Shown here piece after piece: positions 24,058 to 39,271 of a stretch of 64,000 bases of DNA; the first letter of the stretch is position 1, and the number at the start of each line of letters is the position of its first letter. Location of the stretch: contig OZ024742.1 of the NCBI GenBank assembly GCA_964016885.1, forward strand, positions 337,094,001 to 337,158,000. Direction: 5' to 3'. The notes below the pieces were generated by a model. The model did not search any database. It was not told the DNA's origin and was given only the letters and a program-made list of their open reading frames with translations. Made by a program: the position numbers and the translations under genes. The DNA comes from Eledone cirrhosa (Eukaryota).

Positions 24058-26774
24058 ATGGAGATGCAGAAACTGTCTCTTCCCCTCGTCTGTCCAGCCA
24101 CGGCCGTCTGGCACTCCACCAGATGAGACAGCGAGCTTGCCTGATGCCCAAGCCTCGCTGGTCAACATCGCTCGGCTCAGGAGGCTGCGGAAGATTCCGC
24201 TCAGGATCCCGAGAGCGGCCTGGGTGCCGGTAGCCGATGCCCTCGCTTCCTCGATCGAAAGTGCTCTGGACTCCAATCGAGCCTGCTACTGGGAGCTCCT
24301 CTTCTATTTCGCCCCACTCGCCCTTGGCCTCCCCAGCTATGGCGCTGACCAAGGCGACCGGTCGACAGCAGCGTTTGCCAAGGCCAATGTTTCGTCCTTT
24401 GGGCAAGCGCCCATTCCAAGAGTGCCGAAGGACGCCATTATCCCTGCTCCAGGGTGCCTCCACCCCTGAGGCTAGCGCCAAGCGTTTAAGTGACCGCGTA
24501 AAAGCTAAACTTATCATGAGTGATGTCAAGGCCGCAGTCAGAATGGTTGCCTCAGAGGACACTGTCCTCCAACCCACCGAGGAAGTCCTTGCTGCCCTGC
24601 GACTCAAGCACCCTGAGCCACCTGCTGACATCCAACCCCTACCCCTACCCTATCCCCACATGCACCTTGTGGCTTCCGGAGCAGATATCATGTCTGCCAT
24701 CAAGTCCTTCCCAGCTAGCAGCAGCGGCGTTGCTGATGGTCTCCGTCCAGACCACCTCAAAGAGTTGCTATCCTCCTTCTCCGCTGAGGCCGGGTGCCGC
24801 CTTCTGAGTGCTAGTGTGGCACTTACCAATAGGCTTATCCATGGCGCCCTGGATCCTTACGCCCGAGGTCTCTTTTTTTCGGCTATCCTGACCGCTCTCA
24901 AGAAGAAAGAGTTCAGTCCGGTGCAACTGGGTGTCGGCGTGTCCGGTGGCTGTGAGGGGGCCGCACATGTAACCAGGCAGTTCTTCAATAGCTGCCCACC
25001 GGAACCGACATCCAGGGACTCCGGGCACCTCATTGTCAAGCTTGACACGAGGAATGCCTTTAACTGCATACGCCGGGACCATCTGCTTAATGCCTGCCTC
25101 AGCCGAGCCCCTGCTGCCTTCCCGCTGGCCTACTTGTCATATGGTGCCCCGAGCATACTCCTTGCTGCTGATACGGTCATACCTTCGGCCAGTGGGGTCA
25201 AACAGGATGACCCTCTGGGTCTCCTCCTGTTTGCTCCATTGCCCGTAGCATCACGGCTCCTCTCAACGTTTGGTACCTGGATGATGCTACGCTGGGCGGG
25301 CACATGGAAATTGTTTGCCATGACCTTCAATCGGTGGTTTCCGCCCTGGCGGGAATCGGACTCCAGATCAACTCGTCTAAGTCGGAGGTGGTCAATGTCA
25401 GCTGTGATGCTGAGAGCTTTGCGGCCTCCGTCTTGGACGTGCGGTCCATCCTCCACCAGGTACAGGTGACCCCCAAAGAGGATGTCCTCATCATCGGGTC
25501 ACCGATCCACTCGCCGGCCATCCGCTCCACCATCAGGGCTAGGCGCCAACAACTCCCCGATCCTCACGAGCCGACTGGGCTTGATCGACGGCTACCCAGC
25601 TCTCTTCCTGATGAGGAACTGCTTCGCCATGCTGAAGCTCCTCTACACCCATCGCAGCGCTCTGTGGTACAGCCACGCATCTCTCCTCGCTGACCTCGAT
25701 ACTTTGTATCCGAGCGGCTGCTGAAGAGATATGCAGCGTCAGGTTTGACGACTTTGGATGGCAACAGGCCACTTTACTTGTCAGATTTAGCGGCCTTGGC
25801 TTCCGGTCCCCGATCTCGCTGGCTTTGTCGGCGTTTCTTTCATCGGTAACCTCATGCCGCGTCTCGTGAGCAGGGTTCTCCAAAACACAATAGAACCCTC
25901 TGTGTTCAGGGAACGTGAGGTCGCCTGTGAGACGTGGCACAGGCTGGGGGGACTTAGCCCGGGAGACGTCCCTCCTCCTTCTCCCCCTGCTGACGTCAAG
26001 TACCCCCAAAGCGTATGGGATGTCATCTAGTGCAGCCTGGCCTCAGACACGCTCATGCGCCAGCTCTACCAGCAACTACCTTGCCTGTTTTCGCGCGGCC
26101 TCCAAACCCCACAGTGGTACCTGGCTCCATGCCTTGCCCTCCTTCTCCACTGGCACGCAGCTGGATACGATAGTCTGCGCATCGGCGTTTCCTTGAGGCT
26201 TGGACTCAAATGTCACTGTGGATTCACCGTGGACTCTTTCCGACTCCACCCGCTTTCCTGTCGCCACAGTGCCGGCCGCCTTCCACGCCATGCTACCCTC
26301 AACGAGGTCATTAAGCATAGCTTGGACGCTGCAGGCTTCCCCCACCCAGCTCGAGCCGGTGGGGCTGGACTGAGGGGATGGCAAAAGGCCAGACGGTATG
26401 ACCATCTTCCCGTTCCGCGGTGGAAAACCCCTCGTTTGGGATGCCACTTGCAACGACACTTTCTCCAGCCGCAACTTGGTGCAGTCTGCGACTAACCCAG
26501 GTACTGCTGCAAGTCGTGCTGAAGAAGGCAAACTCTCCAAGTACCGACAGGTTCGCGGTCGTGCCCTTGGCAGTGGAGACTTCTGGTGTCCTTGGCCCTA
26601 CAGTTACCTCCCTATTCACCACCAAATAGCGCGGAGCTATCCAGCCGCAGGTGTGAGCCTCGCGAGTTGGAATGGCTCTTCCAGCGCATCTCCCTTACCA
26701 TCGTCCGAGGAAACCGCCTTCTCCATCCTGTCTGCCGGGGCTGTGGGGAGGCCAGCACCTGGGACCCCATTTGC
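24058..26774 (+). mobile_element. CRE-like retrotransposon fragment, unit 3
   Basis: Near-identical copy of 4229-6945. Confidence 0.9.
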
Positions 26775-26862
26775 TTACCATACGGATTAATAGGCAAAGT
26801 CCATATTATTATAAAACGAATCGTTATTTATGAAACCATTATTATTTCCTTATTTGTTGTTG

Positions 26863-26937
26863 AGATAAAGACTTTCTAGGAAACCAAATAGAAAAGTGAA
26901 AGTTTTCCTTGAAACATGGGAGATAACTCAGAGATAA
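26863..26937 (+). promoter_or_regulatory. GATA/GAS/IRF-E cluster, unit 3
   Basis: Same sequence as 7034-7108. Confidence 0.65.
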
Positions 26938-27076
26938 CATCATTATTTCTCATTTTAAAACGGAGAATTAATAGCGTACAGAATAATATATCAACAAAGT
27001 ATAATTGTCAGAAGTAATTACACTCTGTTTATCACTTAGACAAAAAAAAAAAACACAATAATAAAACGTACTTTAT

Positions 27077-27260
<184 letters not shown>

Positions 27261-27391
27261 TCATCTACCGTGTTTCACGGAAAAAAAGCTATTTACTTTC
27301 ATATTGGTTTCTTCTTCAGTCTGTACAGACTTTGCCACACCTACTGTACTAAATCTCGCACCATAATTATTTCTCATTTAATACTTACACC

Positions 27392-27910
27392 ATGCACATC
27401 ATCGAACTGTCTCCGACTAATATCCGCTTTAGTCAAGATTCTATCGCAAAATGTTTCAAAGATGGGAGAAAGCTGCAAAATGTTATTTTGGATATAATTA
27501 ATGGGAAAATCACACCCGACTCCATTCCCAAGATCGAAGTTTTCTCAAGATATGGAAAATACTACAGTTTAGACAATAGGAGACTTTATGTATTCAAAGC
27601 GGTTCAACAACGGTCTAAGCCGGACATGAAGATTAAGGTGAAATTAACTACAAAATCTAACGAAAGAAAATTTACGACAAAAAATGATGGTGAAAGTATA
27701 TATGTAAGAGGTCAAACACAAGAAGAGCCTAGGCTCGAAGCCTTCAAAGGAAGAATATATACGGACTCACCGCAAATGGTGGCTCAATCGGCCTCAATAT
27801 TTGACGAATCAGATTTTACATTAATAACTTTCCCTGTGTCTGATATAAATCCGATAGAATTTATAGAATCGCCTTTAATAACACCGGCGGTATTTATAGA
27901 CTTGCCTTAA
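27392..27910 (+). CDS. 172-aa ParB/Srx-like protein, copy 3
   Basis: Intact ORF; protein identical to copy 1. Confidence 0.8.
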   Translation: MHIIELSPTNIRFSQDSIAKCFKDGRKLQNVILDIINGKITPDSIPKIEVFSRYGKYYSLDNRRLYVFKAVQQRSKPDMKIKVKLTTKSNERKFTTKNDGESIYVRGQTQEEPRLEAFKGRIYTDSPQMVAQSASIFDESDFTLITFPVSDINPIEFIESPLITPAVFIDLP

Positions 27911-28361
27911 ACAAACCAGAAGGAAATTTTGGTCGAAAAATTTGCTTCAACTGAGGATTTTTTTACAGGTATATCTATCAATGATTGTATTAAGTTTTAA
28001 ATATATAGGTAAATAACATTACAAATTGCCCACAATTCTTTCACAATTGTTACTGTATTTATTCAAACATTCGTCCCATAATCTTATTTCCTGTTTCTAT
28101 AATCTTATTTGCTGTTTTTTTTTAAAAACCCAAAGATTTCGATTTTATTCAATGTTTTAGAACTCCTTCATTTAGACACGCAAACACACACACACACACA
28201 CACACATGCACGCAACAGTAATAGGAATATATAGGAATTAAAACCTGAATATTTACTAATATAGATACATATGTTTATACGTACATCTATCCATCTATAC
28301 ATACATACATGCACACGCACACGCACACTACATACACATACATTCATACATTTATAGATAG

Positions 28362-28394
<33 letters not shown>

Positions 28395-28839
28395 GGCATA
28401 CGTTAAGACGGGCGTTGCGGAAAGTGAAAGTAAAATTTTTGACAACAATGTGAATTTTTTTTTTTTTTTTTTTTACAATGAAAGTTACGATACACACGCA
28501 ATTGTATGGATTTCTTAATATATATATATGTGTAGGTGTGTACACTGTGAATTTGTTTGTTTATTTACAACAGGTCTCTATATTGATATGGTGTTAATTA
28601 GTATTGCGTGTGTGATTATTTTTTCTTTAGATAGACGTTAAACGATGATGATGACACAAACACATATATATATACATACATACACACATATATATACACA
28701 CCCACACATATATATATATTAAGAAATCCATACAATTGCGTGTGTATCGTAACTTTCATTGTAAAAAAACAAACAAACAAATTCACATTGTTGTCAAAAA
28801 ATTTACTTTCACTTTCCGCAACGCCCGTCTTAACGTATG

Positions 28840-28904
<65 letters not shown>

Positions 28905-30424
28905 GTACATACATATATGCATGTACATACATTCTGGAGAAAAATAGGATGTGAGGAAAAGAAGGCGGTGGCTGTGGCGGCAGTGTAATTAGAAGTTCAA
29001 ATGAAGTATTGTTCTCGAGTTACACCAAAAACATGCAACCTCAATATGGATACACTGGAGACTGACAGAAAATCTTAGGGTAAGAAAGCACCAGGAAGAG
29101 ACTTGGTTGTTGGTTACAAGCCCTTAACGGAGATATAGATACACCAAGCTTGTTGGAGTTTGCAGATACAAAATTGGTCCTAACCACATCTCCCCCAAAA
29201 CTCACTTGGCAAAAGACTACTAACTGATTGCATGCCAGAATTGTATCTATAAAATGTATACAGCCTGTCTGAACCGATTCCTCCTGGAATACTGTGACAA
29301 TAACAATATCATCACAGATGAACAAGCAGTTGGAAAGAAAGGGATTTGGGGATGTGTTGAGTAGCTCCTGATTAACAAAACTGTGATGTTAGAAGTGTGG
29401 CGACATACGAGAAACTTGCTAACCGTCTTGCTGGATTACACACATGAATACATACGTAATACATACACACACATACATAAATATATACATATAGCGAAAG
29501 AAATGTTTTTTGCACGGTGTTTTCTTTTCCATTGCGGACACGGCTACCTTTTACCTCGCAGGGAAAGCAATAGATAAGATTGCCCGATGGAAGGATTCAC
29601 GGCGCCAGGTGTATGAAGAACATTTTCTACAGCCATCTGTTATTTATCAGTAAAATAACTAGCAGTCACTATAAATAGGCTGTCGTGTGACCTTAACATC
29701 ATTCACTCCACTGCCTTTTCGCCTGTACAATACAGCCTGTATATATAACGGTTTACTGCTACATTCACTTAGGGTCACTCTGGCCACCACAACTTGTCAC
29801 TTTTCTTTTAAGGTAAAAAAACCCATGATAAATAAAAGATTCATGCACAACACTGAAGCTTTACCGAACACTATATTTATTTGTGAACACTATAATCAAA
29901 CATATTTACGATTCGAAGTAATCATATTTTATTTCTTTTTGTTGAATTGAAGTAAAGATAATATATTAAACCAGAATTGTTGGTATTTGTTGTGTTCGTA
30001 ATTTCTCCTCTACCCCACCTCCTCCTCTCCATGTAAAATTTGTCCAGTGATTCTTTCCTGAGACATTTTAACCACATGCCCATAATATTGGAGCTGTGAT
30101 CTCTCAATTCGGAGAAGTAGCAACTCTACCTGGAGTGACTCTCTGATCTCCGAGTAACGTTACTCCAAAGACTCTTTGGAAGAATCCCATTTCAGCTGCT
30201 TGTATTCGCGATCGTATTCTTTCGGTCATTACCCAAGATTCATGACCATAGGTAAATGTTGGCACTAATACAATATTGAAGATAGCGAGTTTGGCTATCT
30301 CCCTTCTGATTACTGAATGCTGGCACATTACTGCACTAACTCCTGCAATTCTGGCACGTAATTCAGCCTCCTGCCTTCCATCACTTGTGAATGTGGCCCC
30401 GAGATACTTTAACTTCTCTACCTG

Positions 30425-32866
30425 GGAAGCAAGGCGTTCAGAGTATGGTAGATGGCAGGTATTCGCTTGGTTGCACATCTCTGAACAGTTTCCAGGCGGT
30501 CAATGTTCTGAGCAAGATAGGGGTTCCAGACTAGTGATGCAAATTCTAAGTGTGGCCGCACCATAGCTATATGCAGCCTTAAATAGATAGAGAGCGGCTG
30601 ACAAATGTCTTGCTGAGTGCTGCTAAGACACCCTCGGCCTTCTTGACAATTTTAGAGATGTGCTTTGTCCAATGCAAATCGCTGCTGACAGTAATGCCCA
30701 GGTCACGTTCACAAGAAGACTTCTTGATATTAGTGTTGTGGAGGGAGTATGTGGACGCTGGGATTTTACTCCCAAAATGCATGGTGGTGCACTTGTCCAC
30801 AGCCAGCTTGAGTTGCCAGTCTGTGATCCATTGTTGCATTGTGTCCAGGTTAGATTGCAGGCAAGATCTATAGTGTTCAGGATCTGTCCTTTTTATCTCA
30901 AAGTACAGCTTGATGTCATCTGCGTATTTCAGTACTGTGGCATTATTTAAGTTGGCATCTATGTCATTAATATATGACACAAACAAAAGGGGCCAAGAAC
31001 AGATCCCTGAGGTACACCAGATGACATCTCATATGGTGAGGAATGCTGTCCTAGAACCGTGACTACCTCTCTTCGACTGAGAATGATGGACTTCAACCAG
31101 TTAAAAAGATCATCCTTCACACCGATTGCAGAGAGTTTTCCATAAGTCTTTTGTGTGGCACAGAATTGAAAGCTTTAGCAAAGTCAAGGTAAACAACATC
31201 CACCCATGAGCCGCCATCAGTGATCCGGGTGATGTCTTCAAGAAACTCGATAAGTTGATCACACCAGCTGGAGTTATGGATAAATCCAAATTGCGAGGGC
31301 CGGATAAGACTGTGAGAGTTTCAGAAGTTCCAAAGCGTTTCTCTGACACAGGGTGCCATCAGTTTGGCAATGCAGCTAGTAAGGATGACTGGGCGATAAT
31401 TCACAGGTGATGTGCGGTCACCCTTTTTGAACAGAGGAATGACTGACAGTTTTCTACTGTTCTGGGGGCGCACCATTGTTCAGACAGAATTGGAAGAAGC
31501 GTGATAACTGGTGCAGAAGGAAGTACCTACCACGTTTGAGAAGCAGGTACGTAACATCATCAAGACACGGAGAGGCATGGTTGCGTTTATTTTTAAGGTG
31601 ACGTCGCAGCATTGAAGGTGTAAATTCCATAGTTGTAATAGAATCCGATGTCAGAGGTGGTGGAGACGGTACACTCTGGTCTTCAATAGTGAAAATGCCT
31701 GCATAGCATTCAGCAATGAGCTCTACGCATTCCTTGGGGTCGTCAATAACCTGACTTGTGTGGGGATTGCGAAGAGGACCAACTGGAGAGTGAGGCCTCT
31801 GCTTTGAGTGAACATACTTCCAGAACACCTTACTGTCGGGGATGGTTGCTATGCGCTGCTCACATTGAATCATTGCCTTTTTTTTGTCACCTGTTTGAGA
31901 TGGTTGGATGATTTATTTCGCTTCTTCCTATTGATATCTGATTTATGCAGTTTGTACTCACGTTCAGCATTACGACGTTCTTTTCTGGCAAGACGGACTG
32001 CTGAAGTCTCCCAAATTGCACGTTTGGGATGTTTTTCTGCTTACGTGGCACCGATGCTGCATATGCTGTCCATATTGAGCTTAGGTTGTTATGGAGTACA
32101 GTGTTGACATCTCCAGAGTCGTAGAACTCAAGCCAGTTTGGACGTTGCAACTCGGTGCAGTTACAGTTCCAGTTTGCTTTATTACAGTCAAAGTGAGCAG
32201 TTTGGAGATGGTTGTGGTTCTTGTTACTGCCCACGAGGGATAGATTGGCAATGACCATAGCATGATCTGAGTCAGCTAAAGGTTCCTCAGTAGTAACACT
32301 AATGACCGTTTCAGGAGTAGTGGTGAAGAGTATGTCCAACGTGTTGTCATCTCTTGTTGGGGAGGTGACTACTTGGGACCAGTTCGAGTCCAGCACTAGC
32401 TCAAGGGAGTCATTTGCACTTGGCTGCCAACGAAAGGTTTCCCAGTCAATCTCAGGGTGATTGAAGTCCCCTGCAATAAAAACATAAGTGGCTATTTTCC
32501 TGGTAGCAACTCTGAGGATATCACAAAGCTAAGTGTCCTGATGGTAATTTGGGGGACGGTAAACGATTCCAAGTAGTAGTGTTGACATGGTCATACGTAT
32601 ATCGCAGAAAAAAACTTCCTGCTGCGATTGGTTCAAATCAACACAAGGAATTGAGGAAAGATTTGACAGAACGTAGACCATTACACCACCACGACGACGA
32701 TTAATGCGGTCTTTACGAAACAAGTTGTAGCCAGTTATGCTGAAAACCCCATCACAGATTAAGGAATGTGCCCATGTTTCCGTGCCTGTAATGAAGTCAG
32801 GGTTGATACTTTTGACGTAGGAGTCAAAAAGATGAATCTTATTGCATAGACTACGTGCATTCATGC
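30425..32866 (-). mobile_element. CR1-like LINE fragment, unit 4
   Basis: Near-identical copy of 1787-4228, carrying the KKAEGVL variant. Confidence 0.92.
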
Positions 32867-35583
32867 ATGGAGATGCAGAAACTGTCTCTTCCCCTCGTCT
32901 GTCCAGCCACGGCCGTCTGGCACTCCACCAGATGAGACAGCGAGCTTGCCTGATGCCCAAGCCTCGCTGGTCAACATCGCTCGGCTCAGGAGGCTGCGGA
33001 AGATTCCGCTCAGGATCCCGAGAGCGGCCTGGGTGCCGGTAGCCGATGCCCTCGCTTCCTCGATCGAAAGTGCTCTGGACTCCAATCGAGCCTGCTACTG
33101 GGAGCTCCTCTTCTATTTCGCCCCACTCGCCCTTGGCCTCCCCAGCTATGGCGCTGACCAAGGCGACCGGTCGACAGCAGCGTTTGCCAAGGCCAATGTT
33201 TCGTCCTTTGGGCAAGCGCCCATTCCAAGAGTGCCGAAGGACGCCATTATCCCTGCTCCAGGGTGCCTCCACCCCTGAGGCTAGCGCCAAGCGTTTAAGT
33301 GACCGCGTAAAAGCTAAACTTATCATGAGTGATGTCAAGGCCGCAGTCAGAATGGTTGCCTCAGAGGACACTGTCCTCCAACCCACCGAGGAAGTCCTTG
33401 CTGCCCTGCGACTCAAGCACCCTGAGCCACCTGCTGACATCCAACCCCTACCCCTACCCTATCCCCACATGCACCTTGTGGCTTCCGGAGCAGATATCAT
33501 GTCTGCCATCAAGTCCTTCCCAGCTAGCAGCAGCGGCGTTGCTGATGGTCTCCGTCCAGACCACCTCAAAGAGTTGCTATCCTCCTTCTCCGCTGAGGCC
33601 GGGTGCCGCCTTCTGAGTGCTAGTGTGGCACTTACCAATAGGCTTATCCATGGCGCCCTGGATCCTTACGCCCGAGGTCTCTTTTTTTCGGCTATCCTGA
33701 CCGCTCTCAAGAAGAAAGAGTTCAGTCCGGTGCAACTGGGTGTCGGCGTGTCCGGTGGCTGTGAGGGGGCCGCACATGTAACCAGGCAGTTCTTCAATAG
33801 CTGCCCACCGGAACCGACATCCAGGGACTCCGGGCACCTCATTGTCAAGCTTGACACGAGGAATGCCTTTAACTGCATACGCCGGGACCATCTGCTTAAT
33901 GCCTGCCTCAGCCGAGCCCCTGCTGCCTTCCCGCTGGCCTACTTGTCATATGGTGCCCCGAGCATACTCCTTGCTGCTGATACGGTCATACCTTCGGCCA
34001 GTGGGGTCAAACAGGATGACCCTCTGGGTCTCCTCCTGTTTGCTCCATTGCCCGTAGCATCACGGCTCCTCTCAACGTTTGGTACCTGGATGATGCTACG
34101 CTGGGCGGGCACATGGAAATTGTTTGCCATGACCTTCAATCGGTGGTTTCCGCCCTGGCGGGAATCGGACTCCAGATCAACTCGTCTAAGTCGGAGGTGG
34201 TCAATGTCAGCTGTGATGCTGAGAGCTTTGCGGCCTCCGTCTTGGACGTGCGGTCCATCCTCCACCAGGTACAGGTGACCCCCAAAGAGGATGTCCTCAT
34301 CATCGGGTCACCGATCCACTCGCCGGCCATCCGCTCCACCATCAGGGCTAGGCGCCAACAACTCCCCGATCCTCACGAGCCGACTGGGCTTGATCGACGG
34401 CTACCCAGCTCTCTTCCTGATGAGGAACTGCTTCGCCATGCTGAAGCTCCTCTACACCCATCGCAGCGCTCTGTGGTACAGCCACGCATCTCTCCTCGCT
34501 GACCTCGATACTTTGTATCCGAGCGGCTGCTGAAGAGATATGCAGCGTCAGGTTTGACGACTTTGGATGGCAACAGGCCACTTTACTTGTCAGATTTAGC
34601 GGCCTTGGCTTCCGGTCCCCGATCTCGCTGGCTTTGTCGGCGTTTCTTTCATCGGTAACCTCATGCCGCGTCTCGTGAGCAGGGTTCTCCAAAACACAAT
34701 AGAACCCTCTGTGTTCAGGGAACGTGAGGTCGCCTGTGAGACGTGGCACAGGCTGGGGGGACTTAGCCCGGGAGACGTCCCTCCTCCTTCTCCCCCTGCT
34801 GACGTCAAGTACCCCCAAAGCGTATGGGATGTCATCTAGTGCAGCCTGGCCTCAGACACGCTCATGCGCCAGCTCTACCAGCAACTACCTTGCCTGTTTT
34901 CGCGCGGCCTCCAAACCCCACAGTGGTACCTGGCTCCATGCCTTGCCCTCCTTCTCCACTGGCACGCAGCTGGATACGATAGTCTGCGCATCGGCGTTTC
35001 CTTGAGGCTTGGACTCAAATGTCACTGTGGATTCACCGTGGACTCTTTCCGACTCCACCCGCTTTCCTGTCGCCACAGTGCCGGCCGCCTTCCACGCCAT
35101 GCTACCCTCAACGAGGTCATTAAGCATAGCTTGGACGCTGCAGGCTTCCCCCACCCAGCTCGAGCCGGTGGGGCTGGACTGAGGGGATGGCAAAAGGCCA
35201 GACGGTATGACCATCTTCCCGTTCCGCGGTGGAAAACCCCTCGTTTGGGATGCCACTTGCAACGACACTTTCTCCAGCCGCAACTTGGTGCAGTCTGCGA
35301 CTAACCCAGGTACTGCTGCAAGTCGTGCTGAAGAAGGCAAACTCTCCAAGTACCGACAGGTTCGCGGTCGTGCCCTTGGCAGTGGAGACTTCTGGTGTCC
35401 TTGGCCCTACAGTTACCTCCCTATTCACCACCAAATAGCGCGGAGCTATCCAGCCGCAGGTGTGAGCCTCGCGAGTTGGAATGGCTCTTCCAGCGCATCT
35501 CCCTTACCATCGTCCGAGGAAACCGCCTTCTCCATCCTGTCTGCCGGGGCTGTGGGGAGGCCAGCACCTGGGACCCCATTTGC
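32867..35583 (+). mobile_element. CRE-like retrotransposon fragment, unit 4
   Basis: Near-identical copy of 4229-6945. Confidence 0.9.
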
Positions 35584-35671
35584 TTACCATACGGATTAAT
35601 AGGCAAAGTCCATATTATTATAAAACGAATCGTTATTTATGAAACCATTATTATTTCCTTATTTGTTGTTG

Positions 35672-35746
35672 AGATAAAGACTTTCTAGGAAACCAAATAG
35701 AAAAGTGAAAGTTTTCCTTGAAACATGGGAGATAACTCAGAGATAA
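35672..35746 (+). promoter_or_regulatory. GATA/GAS/IRF-E cluster, unit 4
   Basis: Same sequence as 7034-7108. Confidence 0.65.
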
Positions 35747-35885
35747 CATCATTATTTCTCATTTTAAAACGGAGAATTAATAGCGTACAGAATAATATAT
35801 CAACAAAGTATAATTGTCAGAAGTAATTACACTCTGTTTATCACTTAGACAAAAAAAAAAAACACAATAATAAAACGTACTTTAT

Positions 35886-36099
<214 letters not shown>

Positions 36100-36230
36100 T
36101 CATCTACCGTGTTTCACGGAAAAAAAGCTATTTACTTTCATATTGGTTTCTTCTTCAGTCTGTACAGACTTTGCCACACCTACTGTACTAAATCTCGCAC
36201 CATAATTATTTCTCATTTAATACTTACACC

Positions 36231-36749
36231 ATGCACATCATCGAACTGTCTCCGACTAATATCCGCTTTAGTCAAGATTCTATCGCAAAATGTTTCAAAG
36301 ATGGGAGAAAGCTGCAAAATGTTATTTTGGATATAATTAATGGGAAAATCACACCCGACTCCATTCCCAAGATCGAAGTTTTCTCAAGATATGGAAAATA
36401 CTACAGTTTAGACAATAGGAGACTTTATGTATTCAAAGCGGTTCAACAACGGTCTAAGCCGGACATGAAGATTAAGGTGAAATTAACTACAAAATCTAAC
36501 GAAAGAAAATTTACGACAAAAAATGATGGTGAAAGTATATATGTAAGAGGTCAAACACAAGAAGAGCCTAGGCTCGAAGCCTTCAAAGGAAGAATATATA
36601 CGGACTCACCGCAAATGGTGGCTCAATCGGCCTCAATATTTGACGAATCAGATTTTACATTAATAACTTTCCCTGTGTCTGATATAAATCCGATAGAATT
36701 TATAGAATCGCCTTTAATAACACCGGCGGTATTTATAGACTTGCCTTAA
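36231..36749 (+). CDS. 172-aa ParB/Srx-like protein, copy 4
   Basis: Intact ORF; protein identical to copy 1. Confidence 0.8.
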   Translation: MHIIELSPTNIRFSQDSIAKCFKDGRKLQNVILDIINGKITPDSIPKIEVFSRYGKYYSLDNRRLYVFKAVQQRSKPDMKIKVKLTTKSNERKFTTKNDGESIYVRGQTQEEPRLEAFKGRIYTDSPQMVAQSASIFDESDFTLITFPVSDINPIEFIESPLITPAVFIDLP

Positions 36750-37200
36750 ACAAACCAGAAGGAAATTTTGGTCGAAAAATTTGCTTCAACTGAGGATTTT
36801 TTTACAGGTATATCTATCAATGATTGTATTAAGTTTTAAATATATAGGTAAATAACATTACAAATTGCCCACAATTCTTTCACAATTGTTACTGTATTTA
36901 TTCAAACATTCGTCCCATAATCTTATTTCCTGTTTCTATAATCTTATTTGCTGTTTTTTTTTAAAAACCCAAAGATTTCGATTTTATTCAATGTTTTAGA
37001 ACTCCTTCATTTAGACACGCAAACACACACACACACACACACACATGCACGCAACAGTAATAGGAATATATAGGAATTAAAACCTGAATATTTACTAATA
37101 TAGATACATATGTTTATACGTACATCTATCCATCTATACATACATACATGCACACGCACACGCACACTACATACACATACATTCATACATTTATAGATAG

Positions 37201-37233
<33 letters not shown>

Positions 37234-37678
37234 GGCATACGTTAAGACGGGCGTTGCGGAAAGTGAAAGTAAAATTTTTGACAACAATGTGAATTTTTTT
37301 TTTTTTTTTTTTTACAATGAAAGTTACGATACACACGCAATTGTATGGATTTCTTAATATATATATATGTGTAGGTGTGTACACTGTGAATTTGTTTGTT
37401 TATTTACAACAGGTCTCTATATTGATATGGTGTTAATTAGTATTGCGTGTGTGATTATTTTTTCTTTAGATAGACGTTAAACGATGATGATGACACAAAC
37501 ACATATATATATACATACATACACACATATATATACACACCCACACATATATATATATTAAGAAATCCATACAATTGCGTGTGTATCGTAACTTTCATTG
37601 TAAAAAAACAAACAAACAAATTCACATTGTTGTCAAAAAATTTACTTTCACTTTCCGCAACGCCCGTCTTAACGTATG

Positions 37679-37751
<73 letters not shown>

Positions 37752-39271
37752 GTACATACATATATGCATGTACATACATTCTGGAGAAAAATAGGATGTG
37801 AGGAAAAGAAGGCGGTGGCTGTGGCGGCAGTGTAATTAGAAGCTCAAATGAAGTATTGTTCTCGAGTTACACCAAAAACATGCAACCTCAATATGGATAC
37901 ACTGGAGACTGACAGAAAATCTTAGGGTAAGAAAGCACCAGGAAGAGACTTGGTTGTTGGTTACAAGCCCTTAACGGAGATATAGATACACCAAGCTTGT
38001 TGGAGTTTGCAGATACAAAATTGGTCCTAACCACATCTCCCCCAAAACTCACTTGGCAAAAGACTACTAACTGATTGCATGCCAGAATTGTATCTATAAA
38101 ATGTATACAGCCTGTCTGAACCGATTCCTCCTGGAATACTGTGACAATAACAATATCATCACAGATGAACAAGCAGTTGGAAAGAAAGGGATTTGGGGAT
38201 GTGTTGAGTAGCTCCTGATTAACAAAACTGTGATGTTAGAAGTGTGGCGACATACGAGAAACTTGCTAACCGTCTTGCTGGATTACACACATGAATACAT
38301 ACGTAAGACATACACACACATACATAAATATATACATATAGCGAAAGAAATGTTTTTTGCACGGTGTTTTCTTTTCCATTGCGGACACGGCTACCTTTTA
38401 CCTCGCAGGGAAAGCAATAGATAAGATTGCCCGATGGAAGGATTCACGGCGCCAGGTGTATGAAGAACATTTTCTACAGCCATCTGTTATTTATCAGTAA
38501 AATAACTAGCAGTCACTATAAATAGGCTGTCGTGTGACCTTAACATCATTCACTCCACTGCCTTTTCGCCTGTACAATACAGCCTGTATATATAACGGTT
38601 TACTGCTACATTCACTTAGGGTCACTCTGGCCACCACAACTTGTCACTTTTCTTTTAAGGTAAAAAAACCCATGATAAATAAAAGATTCATGCACAACAC
38701 TGAAGCTTTACCGAACACTATATTTATTTGTGAACACTATAATCAAACATATTTACGATTCGAAGTAATCATATTTTTTTTCTTTTTGTTGAATTGAAGT
38801 AAAGATAATATATTAAACCAGAATTGTTGGTATTTGTTGTGTTCGTAATTTCTCCTCTACCCCACCTCCTCCTCTCCATGTAAAATTTGTCCAGTGATTC
38901 TTTCCTGAGACATTTTAACCACATGCCCATAATATTGGAGCTGTGATCTCTCAATTCGGAGAAGTAGCAACTCTACCTGGAGTGACTCTCTGATCTCCGA
39001 GTAACGTTACTCCAAAGACTCTTTGGAAGAATCCCATTTCAGCTGCTTGTATTCGCGATCGTATTCTTTCGGTCATTACCCAAGATTCATGACCATAGGT
39101 AAATGTTGGCACTAATACAATATTGAAGATAGCGAGTTTGGCTATCTCCCTTCTGATTACTGAATGCTGGCACATTACTGCACTAACTCCTGCAATTCTG
39201 GCACGTAATTCAGCCTCCTGCCTTCCATCACTTGTGAATGTGGCCCCGAGATACTTTAACTTCTCTACCTG